From: Candidatus Altiarchaeota archaeon
GTDB lineage: Archaea; Altiarchaeota; Altiarchaeia; IMC4; SCGC-AAA252-I15
Length of the DNA: 64,000 nt
Assembly (NCBI GenBank): GCA_043800705.1
Contig: JAZDMS010000022.1
Location: forward strand, 1-64,000
Reading direction: 5' to 3'
Under the pieces are notes generated by a model, which made no database searches, was not told where the DNA came from, and saw only the letters and a list, made by a program, of their open reading frames with translations. Of the stretch, positions 49,294 to 58,463 are shown piece after piece (position 1 is the first letter of the stretch; each line of letters begins with the position of its first letter). Position numbers and translations under genes: made by a program.

Positions 49294-50160
49294 ATGGATT
49301 CCAGAACAGCCATAACGCTCATATTGGCCATATTCGCGGCTTCCCAGGCCGATGCCGCCATTGACGTGAGCCTCTCCGCAGACCCGGTCAACTGCAAAGA
49401 CCCGTTCACTATAACCGCGGTCTTCCACACAGGCACCGGAAACAGCCAGGTCGAGTTCTTCGTAGACGATGTCGGGCTGGAAGTGAAGAACATCAACGGA
49501 GAGACGGAGTCCAAGACGACGTTCAGCGGGGAAAGCATGTGGGCAAGGCTCCCCCCAGGGAACCATAAAGCCAACGTGAAGCTCATAAGCCATGAGAGCC
49601 TGGTAGATGAAGGCTCTCTGGACTTCGAGGTCGCAGGAAGAAGATGCCCCCCGACAACCACCACGACACTCGCACCCACGACAACCACAACCCTGAGGTT
49701 CTACTGCTCTTCCAACCTGGACTGCGCCGAGCCGGTGACCGCGCCCCCCGAATGCGACGGCCAAAACATCACACAGGCCCTAACCTGGGGCGAATGCCGG
49801 AACGCAAACACACCGGACGCGAAATGCGTTGACAGGCTTGAGATCGCATACTTGAGGACATGCGCAGAAAACGAGACATGCACAGGCGGAGAATGTATTG
49901 CGATCCCCGAGACCACGACGACACTGGAGCCTACAACCTCGACCAACCAGGAGCTTGGGACAACGTCGACCATCGGATCCACGACCACAACCGACGGCAA
50001 GGAGCCTGCGACCACGTCGACAACCACGGACACGACGAGCCCGACATTGGCGGACACGACCACCACGCAGCCGCCGATATTCGGCAGGACGAACACACGC
50101 CTGGACGCCCTAATGGACATTTTCGAGGCGATGATCAGGCTTATACTCTTCTGGAGATGA
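49294..50160 (+). CDS. Secreted Thr/Cys-rich surface protein
   Basis: Signal peptide, Ig-like region, Cys cluster, poly-Thr linkers, hydrophobic C-terminal helix. Confidence 0.8.
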   Translation: MDSRTAITLILAIFAASQADAAIDVSLSADPVNCKDPFTITAVFHTGTGNSQVEFFVDDVGLEVKNINGETESKTTFSGESMWARLPPGNHKANVKLISHESLVDEGSLDFEVAGRRCPPTTTTTLAPTTTTTLRFYCSSNLDCAEPVTAPPECDGQNITQALTWGECRNANTPDAKCVDRLEIAYLRTCAENETCTGGECIAIPETTTTLEPTTSTNQELGTTSTIGSTTTTDGKEPATTSTTTDTTSPTLADTTTTQPPIFGRTNTRLDALMDIFEAMIRLILFWR

Positions 50161-50221
50161 GCCGGGACGAGGGCATCATCTGGCCTTTTATACCCGTCCT
50201 CCCTAATTGATGTCCACTAAA

Positions 50222-50437
50222 ATGGCACTATTAGACGTCGGAAGGGTTTGCAGGAAGACCCGCGGCAGAGACGCAGGACAATACTGCGTAATAGTGGGCA
50301 AAGAGAAGGGCGGATTCACAGTCGAATGCGCCGACGCCAGGAAATCTAAGGCGTCAGGCGCCCACCTTGAGCCGACACCCTGGACAGTAAGCGAAAAAGC
50401 CGTGGGGAAAGGCCTCGCAGACCTTAAACTCGCATAG
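50222..50437 (+). CDS. rpl14e: 50S ribosomal protein L14e
   Basis: DVGRVC.KT.GRDAG..CVIV...HLEPT; upstream of cbf5. Confidence 0.9.
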   Translation: MALLDVGRVCRKTRGRDAGQYCVIVGKEKGGFTVECADARKSKASGAHLEPTPWTVSEKAVGKGLADLKLA

Positions 50438-50456
50438 GCGAGCAAGAGGACCACTG

Positions 50457-51440
50457 ATGGAAGACGGGATTCTAATCAAGCACGAAGGGGAGAGCACAGA
50501 CCCCAGATATGGCCGCAGACCCTCAGATAGGCCCATACAGGAACACATCCGAAAAGGCATCGCCAACGTCGACAAGCCCGCAGGACCCACATCCCACCAG
50601 GTAAGCGCCTGGGTCAAGGACATATTCCACATCGACAAGACAGGCCACAGCGGGACATTGGACCCGAACGTCACCGGAGTCCTCCCCGTCGGACTGGGCG
50701 AAGGCACCAAGGTCCTCCAGGCCCTCCTCATAGCAGGAAAACAGTACGTGACCGTGATGAAACTCCACGCGGACACGACAAACAGCCAGATCAAGAAGAC
50801 CTTCAGCCTCTTCCTCGGGGAAATCTACCAGCGCCCGCCCCTTAAGTGCGCAGTGAAGCGCGAACTTCGGACGAGGCACATCTACTCCATAAAATACATC
50901 GAACGCGAGGGGGACCTCGTCCTTTACACCGTCGACTGCGAGGCAGGCACCTACATCAGAAAACTCTGCCACGACATCGGCCTCATCCTCGGCGTCGGAG
51001 CCCACATGCAGGAGCTGAGGAGGACCAGGGCCGGCCCCTTCGGGGAGGATACCTTGGTGAGCATGCACGACCTCAGAGACGCCTGGGAGAACCACCAGAA
51101 GACCAAGGACGAAGCCGAACTGAGGAGGCTCATACAGCCGCTCGAATCCGCGGTCGAACACCTTCCGAAGATCTGGATCAAGGACTCCGCGGTAAGCGCG
51201 GTATGCCACGGCGCACACCTGGCGGCACCAGGGGTGGTGAAGCTCACCGACACGGTCAAGAACAAGCAGGACGTCGCCATCATGACACTCAAGGGTGAGC
51301 TTGTCGCCCTCGCGACAGCCATGGGCGACGCAAAATGGATCCTCAACGCCAACAAAGGAGAGGTCGCGGCCGCGGACCGCGTCATAATGCACCCAGACAC
51401 GTACCCGAAACAGTGGACGACGGTGGAGAAGAAAGACTGA
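50457..51440 (+). CDS. cbf5: RNA-guided pseudouridine synthase Cbf5
   Basis: Motifs DKPAGPTSHQV, GHSGTLDP.VTGVLP, QRPP, CEAGTYIRKLC; PUA domain. Confidence 0.97.
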   Translation: MEDGILIKHEGESTDPRYGRRPSDRPIQEHIRKGIANVDKPAGPTSHQVSAWVKDIFHIDKTGHSGTLDPNVTGVLPVGLGEGTKVLQALLIAGKQYVTVMKLHADTTNSQIKKTFSLFLGEIYQRPPLKCAVKRELRTRHIYSIKYIEREGDLVLYTVDCEAGTYIRKLCHDIGLILGVGAHMQELRRTRAGPFGEDTLVSMHDLRDAWENHQKTKDEAELRRLIQPLESAVEHLPKIWIKDSAVSAVCHGAHLAAPGVVKLTDTVKNKQDVAIMTLKGELVALATAMGDAKWILNANKGEVAAADRVIMHPDTYPKQWTTVEKKD

Positions 51441-51543
51441 GGACTCCAGGATTTCCTGCACCAGCATTACCTGAATGAGTCGCCTCCCGCACGCTTCGAC
51501 GAGGGGATTTATATGCAAAAAGGCCCTTTTTCTAATGCATAAG

Positions 51544-51717
51544 ATGACACTCGACAAGAAGCTCCTGGAAATATTGGCATGCCCGAAATGCAAAGGCGAC
51601 CTCGCCTACAAGGACACGAAAGAGGAGGAAAGCCTCAGCTGCAAAAAATGCAGGCTGAAATACAAGGTAGAAGACGGCATACCCATTATGTTGATAGACG
51701 AGGCAACGCCGATATAG
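51544..51717 (+). CDS. Trm112 family protein
   Basis: LLEILACPKCKGDL...L.C..C...Y.VEDGIPIML. Confidence 0.92.
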   Translation: MTLDKKLLEILACPKCKGDLAYKDTKEEESLSCKKCRLKYKVEDGIPIMLIDEATPI

Positions 51718-51770
51718 CCGGTTAAGCCGGCAAAAAACAATGCCGCATAATCTTTCCTGGGAAAAAGTTT

Positions 51771-51874
51771 CGCAGGGGTTGGGATTTGAACCCAAGCGGC
51801 CTTGTGGGCCACAGACTGGCTGCCTGCTTTTAGTTAGCAGGCCTGCGCGTTAAACCGAGCTCTGCCACCCCTGC
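51771..51874 (-). tRNA. tRNA-Ser(GCT) with 17-nt BHB intron at 37/38 (51818-51834)
   Basis: Acceptor GCAGGGG/CCCCTGC+G; anticodon stem CAGGC/GTCTG; central helix CTGC/GCAG with 3-nt bulges; long variable arm; TTCAAAT loop. Confidence 0.92.
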
Positions 51875-51922
51875 TTCGTGTAATAAATGGGTTTTTGTAT
51901 GTTTGTTTACGGTTTCGTAGAA

Positions 51923-52096
51923 GCTGGGGTGCGCGACACGAAGTGTCGCAGGCACCCCTGCCCTATGAATGTGATGCGGGGGTAGCGACCGAAGGTTGCC
52001 GGAACCCCTGCTTCGAAGTGATATTCGATGGACTCGTCGGGATTCTCTAAAAAGGCTTCGCCTTTTTACATCCCGAGAGTTTCGCGATACACTCTC
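51923..52096. repeat. Cluster of palindromes built from tRNA-end copies
   Basis: Hairpins at 51923-51961, 51976-52011 and 52031-52081; a 16-nt copy of the tRNA-Ala 3' end at 52029-52044. Confidence 0.8.
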
Positions 52097-52115
52097 GCTT
52101 CGAACATATACGAAT

Positions 52116-52189
52116 TGGACTCGTCGGGATTTGAACCCGAGGCCCCCACCATGCCAAGGTGGTGATCTACCGGACTGATCTACGAGCCC
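52116..52189 (-). tRNA. tRNA-Ala(GGC)
   Basis: Acceptor GGGCTCG/CGAGTCC+A with G3:U70; anticodon arm CCACC-TTGGCAT-GGTGG; T-arm TCGGG-TTCAAAT-CCCGA. Confidence 0.96.
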
Positions 52190-52241
52190 AATTGAGCTAA
52201 CATATAGGCGGTATTATAATATAAAACTCCAGTATTTTTCT

Positions 52242-52640
52242 ATGCCCAAAATTACCGAGGAGATGAGGAGGCGCATACACGGCCAGAATGCAGACCTGCC
52301 CGGAGTCATGGAAGAGGGGGTGCTGAATCCTCCGGAAAACCTCGATAAAATCCTCGCAGAAAGAGGCCTCGACGTAAAAAGCCTCACAGACAGACCCAGT
52401 CCCGTCGACGTCTACACTGTGCTCGATTTCACCGCAACATTCGACGTCGGACATGGAGACAAACAGTATGAGGTGACCCATCAGGTCTGGGATCTGCTGG
52501 CGGCAGCGAAGAAGAGGTCCGGGCCAAGAGGTTTGACGCAGGCGTTAACGGGGATGTTAGAGATGATGAAGTTGTCTCCTGAAACCTTTCCAAGCTTCAT
52601 CAACGGCAAGCACCATCGGCTTAAATTTGGAGAAGACTGA
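52242..52640 (+). CDS. Hypothetical protein (132 aa)
   Basis: ATG preceded by a TATA-like AT-rich element; no family recognised. Confidence 0.6.
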   Translation: MPKITEEMRRRIHGQNADLPGVMEEGVLNPPENLDKILAERGLDVKSLTDRPSPVDVYTVLDFTATFDVGHGDKQYEVTHQVWDLLAAAKKRSGPRGLTQALTGMLEMMKLSPETFPSFINGKHHRLKFGED

Positions 52641-52669
52641 CCGATTCAAACCCGCACAAACCCCAGCAA

Positions 52670-54217
52670 TCAGAGAACCTTGAATTCCGCTGCGGTGAAC
52701 ACCGGCCCTTTGATAGAGATCTGCTTGTTCTGTGATTCTATGCATCTTCTGGCTTTGTTGGTGATTTTGATGTTGACGTCTGCGGGGCCTTTGGCCATCT
52801 TGTACTGGATGAGGCCTTCTTTTTCTCCTGATTCGATTTTTTCCTCTATCTCGGATGCTATGCCCGAGGTTATCGCGTCGAGGAAGTTGAAATGCAGGGG
52901 TATGCCTTTTTGGATGATGTGGGACATGTCCTGTTTCAGCTTGGAGGTGTCCTTAGGCAGGCCGTATATTCCGCCGTCGTGGACATAGAGGTCGTTGGCT
53001 GCGGCGGGCCCGAGGAGCGTCGTCTTTTCCTCCTTTTCGAGCACGTTGACGAGTATGTTCTTCCCTTTAAGGGGGCCTTCGTATGCTTTGAAGCTGCAGG
53101 GGGATGGTTTTTGGCCGTTTTCGAGGTATGCTTTTTTCAGCTCTGTGGCGAGGTTCTTTCCCTCTTCGGTCGCCGGCTCCCTTGCGATCTTGACGTGGTC
53201 CTTCAGTTCCTGGTCTGTGAGCTTCGTGATAGAGTAGAACTGGGGGTATAGGACCTGCCTCACGTCCGATATCTTGTTTTTTACCATGAGTATCCGTTCC
53301 ATCCCGAATCCTAGGTTGAATACGTTGTATTCGAGGTCGTATTCTGCTAGGGCGACTGGGGAGTACATGCCTATGTCCGCCACCTCTATGCCGGATGAGT
53401 ATACCTCGTATTCGGTGTCTGGTGCGTAGTAGTTCGATGTGGCCTTCTTTTTTTCGAATGTTATGTCTCCGAATTCGAGGGAGTTGAGTATCTTCCTCGT
53501 CAGCTCCATCCCGGTCTTGAGGCTGATGTCCTCGTCCATGACGACCATGCTGCCGCCGTAGTGAGCCCTTAGGTGGGATGCGTCGATCTTCTGCTCGCGC
53601 CTGAACCTGAGGCCGACTGAGAATAGCCGAAGCGGGACGTCGTCCTGCATCGCCTGTAGGGTCGGGAACCAGGCCGCGGTCATGTGGGAGCGGAGGGTGG
53701 TTTTGCCGCATACGGGGGTTATATCCTTGAATTCCGGGAACATGTTGAGTATCCTGGAGGCTTCGTCTGTGGTGAGTTTCAGCCATTTCACCATCGTCTC
53801 TATGACGTCGTCGCCTTCGATCTTGCCTTCCCGGTACTGCCTGAACAGCTGCTTCAGCTTTTCGGGCTCGACTTGGGCGACCTTCCCGACTTCCGCCATC
53901 TTCTCCTGGCTTATGCCGATGTCCGGCCTCGTCAGCCCTCCGAGGTAGAAGCAGCGGTCGAGTATGACCGGCGCCTCCGGGCCGTATTGCTTGTATACGT
54001 CCTCTTCGGGGATGAATATCTGGTTCTCTGTCTCGGAGAATCCGAGCTGGAGGAATACCTGCCGTACTTTCGCGGTCAGCTCGTGCATTATGTGAGGCTT
54101 CCCCTGGCCTGGGGGGATTTCTTTCCGCTCCGGGGGTATGAGTTTGGCGGTCTCGATCCAGGCTTTGCGGTAGTCGGCGTGCGATTGCGCCTTGATTGCG
54201 GAGGGTGTCAGTTTCAT
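52670..54217 (-). CDS. sepS: O-phosphoseryl-tRNA(Cys) synthetase
   Basis: EDVYKQYGPEA..ILDRCFYL.GL.RPDIGIS, TLRSHMT.AWF, FRREQ..D.SHL..H, LLGPAA.N. Confidence 0.93.
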   Translation of the reverse strand: MKLTPSAIKAQSHADYRKAWIETAKLIPPERKEIPPGQGKPHIMHELTAKVRQVFLQLGFSETENQIFIPEEDVYKQYGPEAPVILDRCFYLGGLTRPDIGISQEKMAEVGKVAQVEPEKLKQLFRQYREGKIEGDDVIETMVKWLKLTTDEASRILNMFPEFKDITPVCGKTTLRSHMTAAWFPTLQAMQDDVPLRLFSVGLRFRREQKIDASHLRAHYGGSMVVMDEDISLKTGMELTRKILNSLEFGDITFEKKKATSNYYAPDTEYEVYSSGIEVADIGMYSPVALAEYDLEYNVFNLGFGMERILMVKNKISDVRQVLYPQFYSITKLTDQELKDHVKIAREPATEEGKNLATELKKAYLENGQKPSPCSFKAYEGPLKGKNILVNVLEKEEKTTLLGPAAANDLYVHDGGIYGLPKDTSKLKQDMSHIIQKGIPLHFNFLDAITSGIASEIEEKIESGEKEGLIQYKMAKGPADVNIKITNKARRCIESQNKQISIKGPVFTAAEFKVL

Positions 54218-54226
54218 TTTATCTCT

Positions 54227-54589
54227 TTAGCAGTATGTTGCCGGATTGCAGGTGAAGCAGGGTATTCTTGCTGGAGGGGGATTTGGGTTTATTGGGCAGG
54301 TTATGGTGGCTGCCGCGTTGTCGCAGTAGATTTGCAGGAGTCCGCAGGCGCTGGCGACGACTAGGAGGCCGATTACGACGTATATCATGCTTTTCTTGGC
54401 GTCGGCGCGTTCGTTGGGGCTGTCAGCCACTATCCATTTGACGCCCATTAGGACCATCATCATCCACCCCAGGGCGTATGCGACGCCTCTGAGGTTGCCG
54501 ACCCATGGGAGGGGTGCTGTGGCGGCGGCCGTGCTGACGATCAGGTTGATGAGGATTATGGCAGAGGATGATTTCCTGGTCCAGTCCAT
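54227..54589 (-). CDS. VirB2/TrbC-like pilin with Cys/Pro-rich tail
   Basis: Leader, then MMVLMGVKWI.ADSPNERADAKKSMIYVVIGL. Confidence 0.8.
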   Translation of the reverse strand: MDWTRKSSSAIILINLIVSTAAATAPLPWVGNLRGVAYALGWMMMVLMGVKWIVADSPNERADAKKSMIYVVIGLLVVASACGLLQIYCDNAAATITCPINPNPPPARIPCFTCNPATYC

Positions 54590-54617
54590 GGTAGGATTAT
54601 GGATTTTGGCGTTTATA

Positions 54618-54691
54618 AAAAACTGTCGGCTGAAGCCGGCCGTTTTTAACAGACAAAACTGCCGACGATCTAGTGAAGGGGGCGGTTTTGT
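54618..54691. repeat. Two inverted repeats between the pilin genes
   Basis: AAAAAC.GTCGGC-TGAA-GCCGGC.GTTTTT at 54618-54647; ACAAAACTGCC...GGCGGTTTTGT at 54653-54691. Confidence 0.6.
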
Positions 54692-54719
54692 TGATATAAA
54701 AAAACCGGAGGAATAGTCA

Positions 54720-55013
54720 TCAGCAGAGGAGGTAGTGGACAAATTCCTGCGCTCCGCGGAGCATTATCAGCCCGATTACGACGTAGATTATGCCTCGTCT
54801 GGCGTTTTCTCGGTCTTCCGGGCCTTCTGCCATGTACCATTTGATGCCCATGTAGACCATCATGAGGAACGCTATGGGGGACCCGAGGGTCAGGAGTTGG
54901 TTGATGATTTCCGTCAGTTTGTCTCTGAGGTCGGTGGATGCCGGCCAGCATGCCAACGCGGATGCTGTCTGCGCCGCGAGCATCAGGAGCAGGGCTGTCT
55001 TTTTCGGGGTCAT
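54720..55013 (-). CDS. VirB2/TrbC-like pilin
   Basis: Leader ...ASALA, then LMMVYMGIKWYMAEGPEDRENARRGIIYVVIGL. Confidence 0.82.
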   Translation of the reverse strand: MTPKKTALLLMLAAQTASALACWPASTDLRDKLTEIINQLLTLGSPIAFLMMVYMGIKWYMAEGPEDRENARRGIIYVVIGLIMLRGAQEFVHYLLC

Positions 55014-55017
55014 GTTC

Positions 55018-55173
55018 TCAGATGGCCCCGACGCTGAAGTAGGGGCAGTTTGAGCAGTACCACTTCGATTGCAGGCTGTCGTTTACTACGGGCGTGTTGG
55101 CGACCCTTTCGTTCTGGCATCGGTTGCCCACCCGGTGGACGCATGCCTTGTTGTCTTTGGCTATTGTCACCAT
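55018..55173 (-). CDS. 51-aa Cys-rich microprotein (not in the ORF track)
   Basis: MVTIAKDNKACVHRVGNRCQNERVANTPVVNDSLQSKWYCSNCPYFSVGAI; fills the gap between VirB4 and the pilin. Confidence 0.7.
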   Translation of the reverse strand: MVTIAKDNKACVHRVGNRCQNERVANTPVVNDSLQSKWYCSNCPYFSVGAI

Positions 55174-55187
55174 GGTATTTTTCGGCT

Positions 55188-57461
55188 TTAGCGGAAGTAT
55201 GATGCTATTCTTGCAGGGATCTCTTCCCTCATGAGGATGTCGCCGAATTTGCTGCCGTAGTCTCGCTTTATGGAGGGGTTTGTGACGACGAAGAAGTGGT
55301 CGTCGTATTTCTGTATGACGGGGAGCTTCTCCTGCATGTTGTCTATGCTCTTTTTGACGCCGACGTCCGCCTCCACTTCGACTGCGACCAGTTTGCCCAA
55401 CTTCGTCTCGAACGTGACGTCGGGCAGCCGCGTGTGGTGTATTAGAACGCGGTCGGTGTATTTCCTGACTTCCTCGAATATGAGCTCCTGGAGGATGAAG
55501 TGCTCGTCTGTCTCTCCGGTCTCGTTCTTGATGAGGAACAGGTCGGATTCATCCTGGAGGTTCTTCACCCTCAGCTCCATGAAGTCCCTCTGGGAGAGGG
55601 CCTGTATCTGGTCGTCTGTGAGGGTTTCCTTCCGTTGGACTGCCTTGTTTATGTCGAATTCCTTGACCAGTTCCTCGCCTTCGGGCCGCCATATCTCCTT
55701 CCGCATGATCATCTCGTCAGGCCTTGTCGTGATTATCCTGTGCTCCTCCGGGGAGGCTTGGATGTATATCGGGATTCGGGTCGTCTCCGCTATGAGGAGG
55801 GCCCGGCCCATGGTCGATATCTGCAGGAACCTGCGTTCGGCGTCGTTGAGGTGGAAGCGCTCGACTATGTTGTCGAGGACGGAGGTGTCCTGTTTGAGTA
55901 GGAGTTTCGTGGCCGTGTTCGTGAGGACCGCCCTTCCCGCCCTTGATGCAAGCACGTCTTCCACGTCTTGTGTTATCATGATGAGGGCGAGGTTGAATTT
56001 TCGGCAGGTCTTGACGAGCCTAAGGATGTAGTCCGCCTGTTCGCCTGCGGCCAGGACCGTCCATGCCTCGTCTATCACCAGGATTTTCCTCGTCTTGGAC
56101 TTCTTCATCTGGGTATAGACGTATTCCAAAAGCAGGAACATGATCGTGCCTTTTCCTATGTCTGGGGAGTCGCGGATGTCGAAGCTTATCATTCGGTTCG
56201 CGATGTTGATCTTCGTGTGCTGGTTGAGGAACCTCATGGGCCCGAACACGTACGCCTTGAGCCGGTTGACGATCGCCATGGCGGGGCCGTATATGATCTC
56301 CTTCGGGCTCTTCGTGAGCGGCAGCACCTCGTTGTAGAGGTCCTCCAGGAGGGGCGGCTGTTTGCTCCATGTCTTCGGGTCCTTGGATATGCCTTTTTCC
56401 TCGTAGGCGCGGTCTATGGTCTCGTCGAGGATGGCGGCCTGCGGCTCGGTAAGCTCTCCGAGGAGGCATCTGAAGAACGCCAGAAGCGAGAGCTTCTTCT
56501 CGTCGAACGTCTGGTCCATCAGGTCGAACGGGTTGATGATGCTGTCCGAGTCCGGGGAGATCCGTATGACTTCGCCGTTGAAGGTGTGTATGAGATCCGT
56601 GTATTCGGCCTGAGGGTCAATGATGTTGATGGCGACTCCCTCCATGAACTCCCTCATCAGGATGAGCTTGATCCCGTAGCTCTTGCCCCCGCCGGATGTT
56701 CCGAGGACGAGTATGTTGGGGTTGGAAAGCTGGAAGGGGTCAAGAATGATGGGTATGCTGTTGTATTCGTTGAATCCCATCAGTATGCCGGTTGCGTGCT
56801 GCTCCAGCGAGGTGATGGCGAATGGGAAGCATGCCGCTGCGGCTGAGGATGTGATGTTTCTCGTAACCAGGAGCTCGTCTAGGCCGAGGGGGAGCACGCT
56901 CCTGAGGCCTTTATACATCTGGTATGACGGCACCTTCGGGATTATCATGATGCTGTTCATGGTGTCCCTGACCTGTTTTGAGACCTTCTCCATGTCGTCT
57001 TTTGTGAATCCCTTCGCATTGATGTAGAGTGATATGTCGAACATCTTCTCCGTGCCTTCCTGGATAAGCTGAAGGAGGGCCATGGTGTCCTGGTGCTGCT
57101 GTATGAGCGCCTGGGGCACGATCTTGCCTTCGGTCTCCATCGCGTACAGGTCGGTCTTCTGCTTCTTTATCTCGTTCTCCAGCAGTTTGACGGTGGTGTC
57201 GACCTTGTATGGGTTGATGTGGAGGGCCAGGTCGAAGTCGAGGTTCATCTCGATGAGGCGGGTGAGCCATCCAGGGTCGACGAGGCGCGGGTAGTTGATG
57301 GCGCAGATTATCTGGTTGAATTTAGTGATCTCGATGTCGGACGCGTGGACCTGGATGGTTGAGGGGGATGTGAGGTATTCGATGAGGCGGTCCTCATACT
57401 CCGTGTAAGTCTCTCCCTTGGCCTTTTCCTTCGCGATCTTCGCTGCTTCAGTGTCGGCCAT
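55188..57461 (-). CDS. VirB4-family secretion ATPase with C-terminal extension
   Basis: NPNILVLGTSGGGKS, IIDPQAEY, INPFD, ILVIDEAW, RKFN...ITQ. Confidence 0.9.
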   Translation of the reverse strand: MADTEAAKIAKEKAKGETYTEYEDRLIEYLTSPSTIQVHASDIEITKFNQIICAINYPRLVDPGWLTRLIEMNLDFDLALHINPYKVDTTVKLLENEIKKQKTDLYAMETEGKIVPQALIQQHQDTMALLQLIQEGTEKMFDISLYINAKGFTKDDMEKVSKQVRDTMNSIMIIPKVPSYQMYKGLRSVLPLGLDELLVTRNITSSAAAACFPFAITSLEQHATGILMGFNEYNSIPIILDPFQLSNPNILVLGTSGGGKSYGIKLILMREFMEGVAINIIDPQAEYTDLIHTFNGEVIRISPDSDSIINPFDLMDQTFDEKKLSLLAFFRCLLGELTEPQAAILDETIDRAYEEKGISKDPKTWSKQPPLLEDLYNEVLPLTKSPKEIIYGPAMAIVNRLKAYVFGPMRFLNQHTKINIANRMISFDIRDSPDIGKGTIMFLLLEYVYTQMKKSKTRKILVIDEAWTVLAAGEQADYILRLVKTCRKFNLALIMITQDVEDVLASRAGRAVLTNTATKLLLKQDTSVLDNIVERFHLNDAERRFLQISTMGRALLIAETTRIPIYIQASPEEHRIITTRPDEMIMRKEIWRPEGEELVKEFDINKAVQRKETLTDDQIQALSQRDFMELRVKNLQDESDLFLIKNETGETDEHFILQELIFEEVRKYTDRVLIHHTRLPDVTFETKLGKLVAVEVEADVGVKKSIDNMQEKLPVIQKYDDHFFVVTNPSIKRDYGSKFGDILMREEIPARIASYFR

Positions 57462-57462
57462 T

Positions 57463-58368
57463 CTATTTTCCCCCTGTCTGGGCTGGGGCTTCGGCTCTTC
57501 CCTTCATGTCTTTGATGGATTTTGGCGCTTCTTTCCACATTTTGCGGTACATCGTTATCGGGCTTATGAAGCTGTCGTACAGCTCGAAGCTGTCGGTGAA
57601 GTACGACTTGTACAGGTTCAGAAGCTGCCTTGAGTTGAGCCTTTCTGCGACGATGCCGGATAGGGAAAGCCTCAACATGATCTCTGAGCATTGGCTCTCG
57701 AGGTAGTCGACCGTCTCCTTCTCGGTTTTCCTCTTCCTTCCGCTTATGACGATGTAGAAGTGGCGGTCGTTGATCTTGTTGACTTTGATGTAGCTTCTCA
57801 TGTATTCCGCGAAGTGCTCATAGTATGCTAGGGCGACCTTGTCGTCCCTTTGCACGATCCTCCGCTTCAGGTGGCGGAGGTAGTCTTCGATGTCGAGGTT
57901 GATGCTCCGCATGACTATCTGTATGGGGAAGTTCAGGCTGTTTAGGAACGCCAGGAATCCGTAGATGACGGTGTCCCGATCCTGCGCGCTCAGGACGCCG
58001 AAGTTTATGGGCTTGACCTTGATGACCCCAAGCAGGCGGTTGTCCTTCATGTATACGGCGTCTGCCCGGATTGATTTTACGCCCATGAGGCTCCTTGCAG
58101 CGGGGGAGATCCATGAGGAGGTCTTGGTCAACTGCATGAACGAGATGTAGTTCGTGAGGAATTCCTCGAGGTTCATGAACGCGAAGCCAACCCCTATCAG
58201 GGCTAATGCTGCCGCGACGACCAGGTTGATGGGTGAGGGTATGCCTGAGCGGAAGTATATAAAGCCAGCTGCGATGAGGAATCCGAATAGGAACAGCGAT
58301 TGCCGGATCGTAAGGGGACCGACCAACCGCTCCTCGTATTTTATGTTAGCTGGTATGGCGTATGGCAT
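57463..58368 (-). CDS. PrgI/VirB3-like membrane protein fused to a cytoplasmic domain
   Basis: IP.NI.YEERLVGPLT.RQ plus 2 TM, then V.PINF..LS..D....I..F..FLNSLNFPIQI. Confidence 0.82.
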   Translation of the reverse strand: MPYAIPANIKYEERLVGPLTIRQSLFLFGFLIAAGFIYFRSGIPSPINLVVAAALALIGVGFAFMNLEEFLTNYISFMQLTKTSSWISPAARSLMGVKSIRADAVYMKDNRLLGVIKVKPINFGVLSAQDRDTVIYGFLAFLNSLNFPIQIVMRSINLDIEDYLRHLKRRIVQRDDKVALAYYEHFAEYMRSYIKVNKINDRHFYIVISGRKRKTEKETVDYLESQCSEIMLRLSLSGIVAERLNSRQLLNLYKSYFTDSFELYDSFISPITMYRKMWKEAPKSIKDMKGRAEAPAQTGGK

Positions 58369-58463
58369 GGCGTATCTAGGAGTATATTTGTCTTGGAGGT
58401 ATAAATAACGGCCCGGATTTTCAGCGATAGAATTGCTCCTTCTTTGACTTTGCGTTGTGAAGA

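Noticed and set aside
33264-51593. Long alternative-frame and antisense ORFs (e.g. 33264-34253, 44673-45755, 47737-49176, 50523-51593)
   Set aside because: These are shadow ORFs of GC-rich genes with Arg/Pro/Gly-biased, motif-free translations.
52029-52131. tRNA-Ala 3' duplication as attL/attR of an intact integrated element
   Set aside because: The copies are only 87 bp apart with no integrase or cargo; kept only as a palindrome/scar finding.
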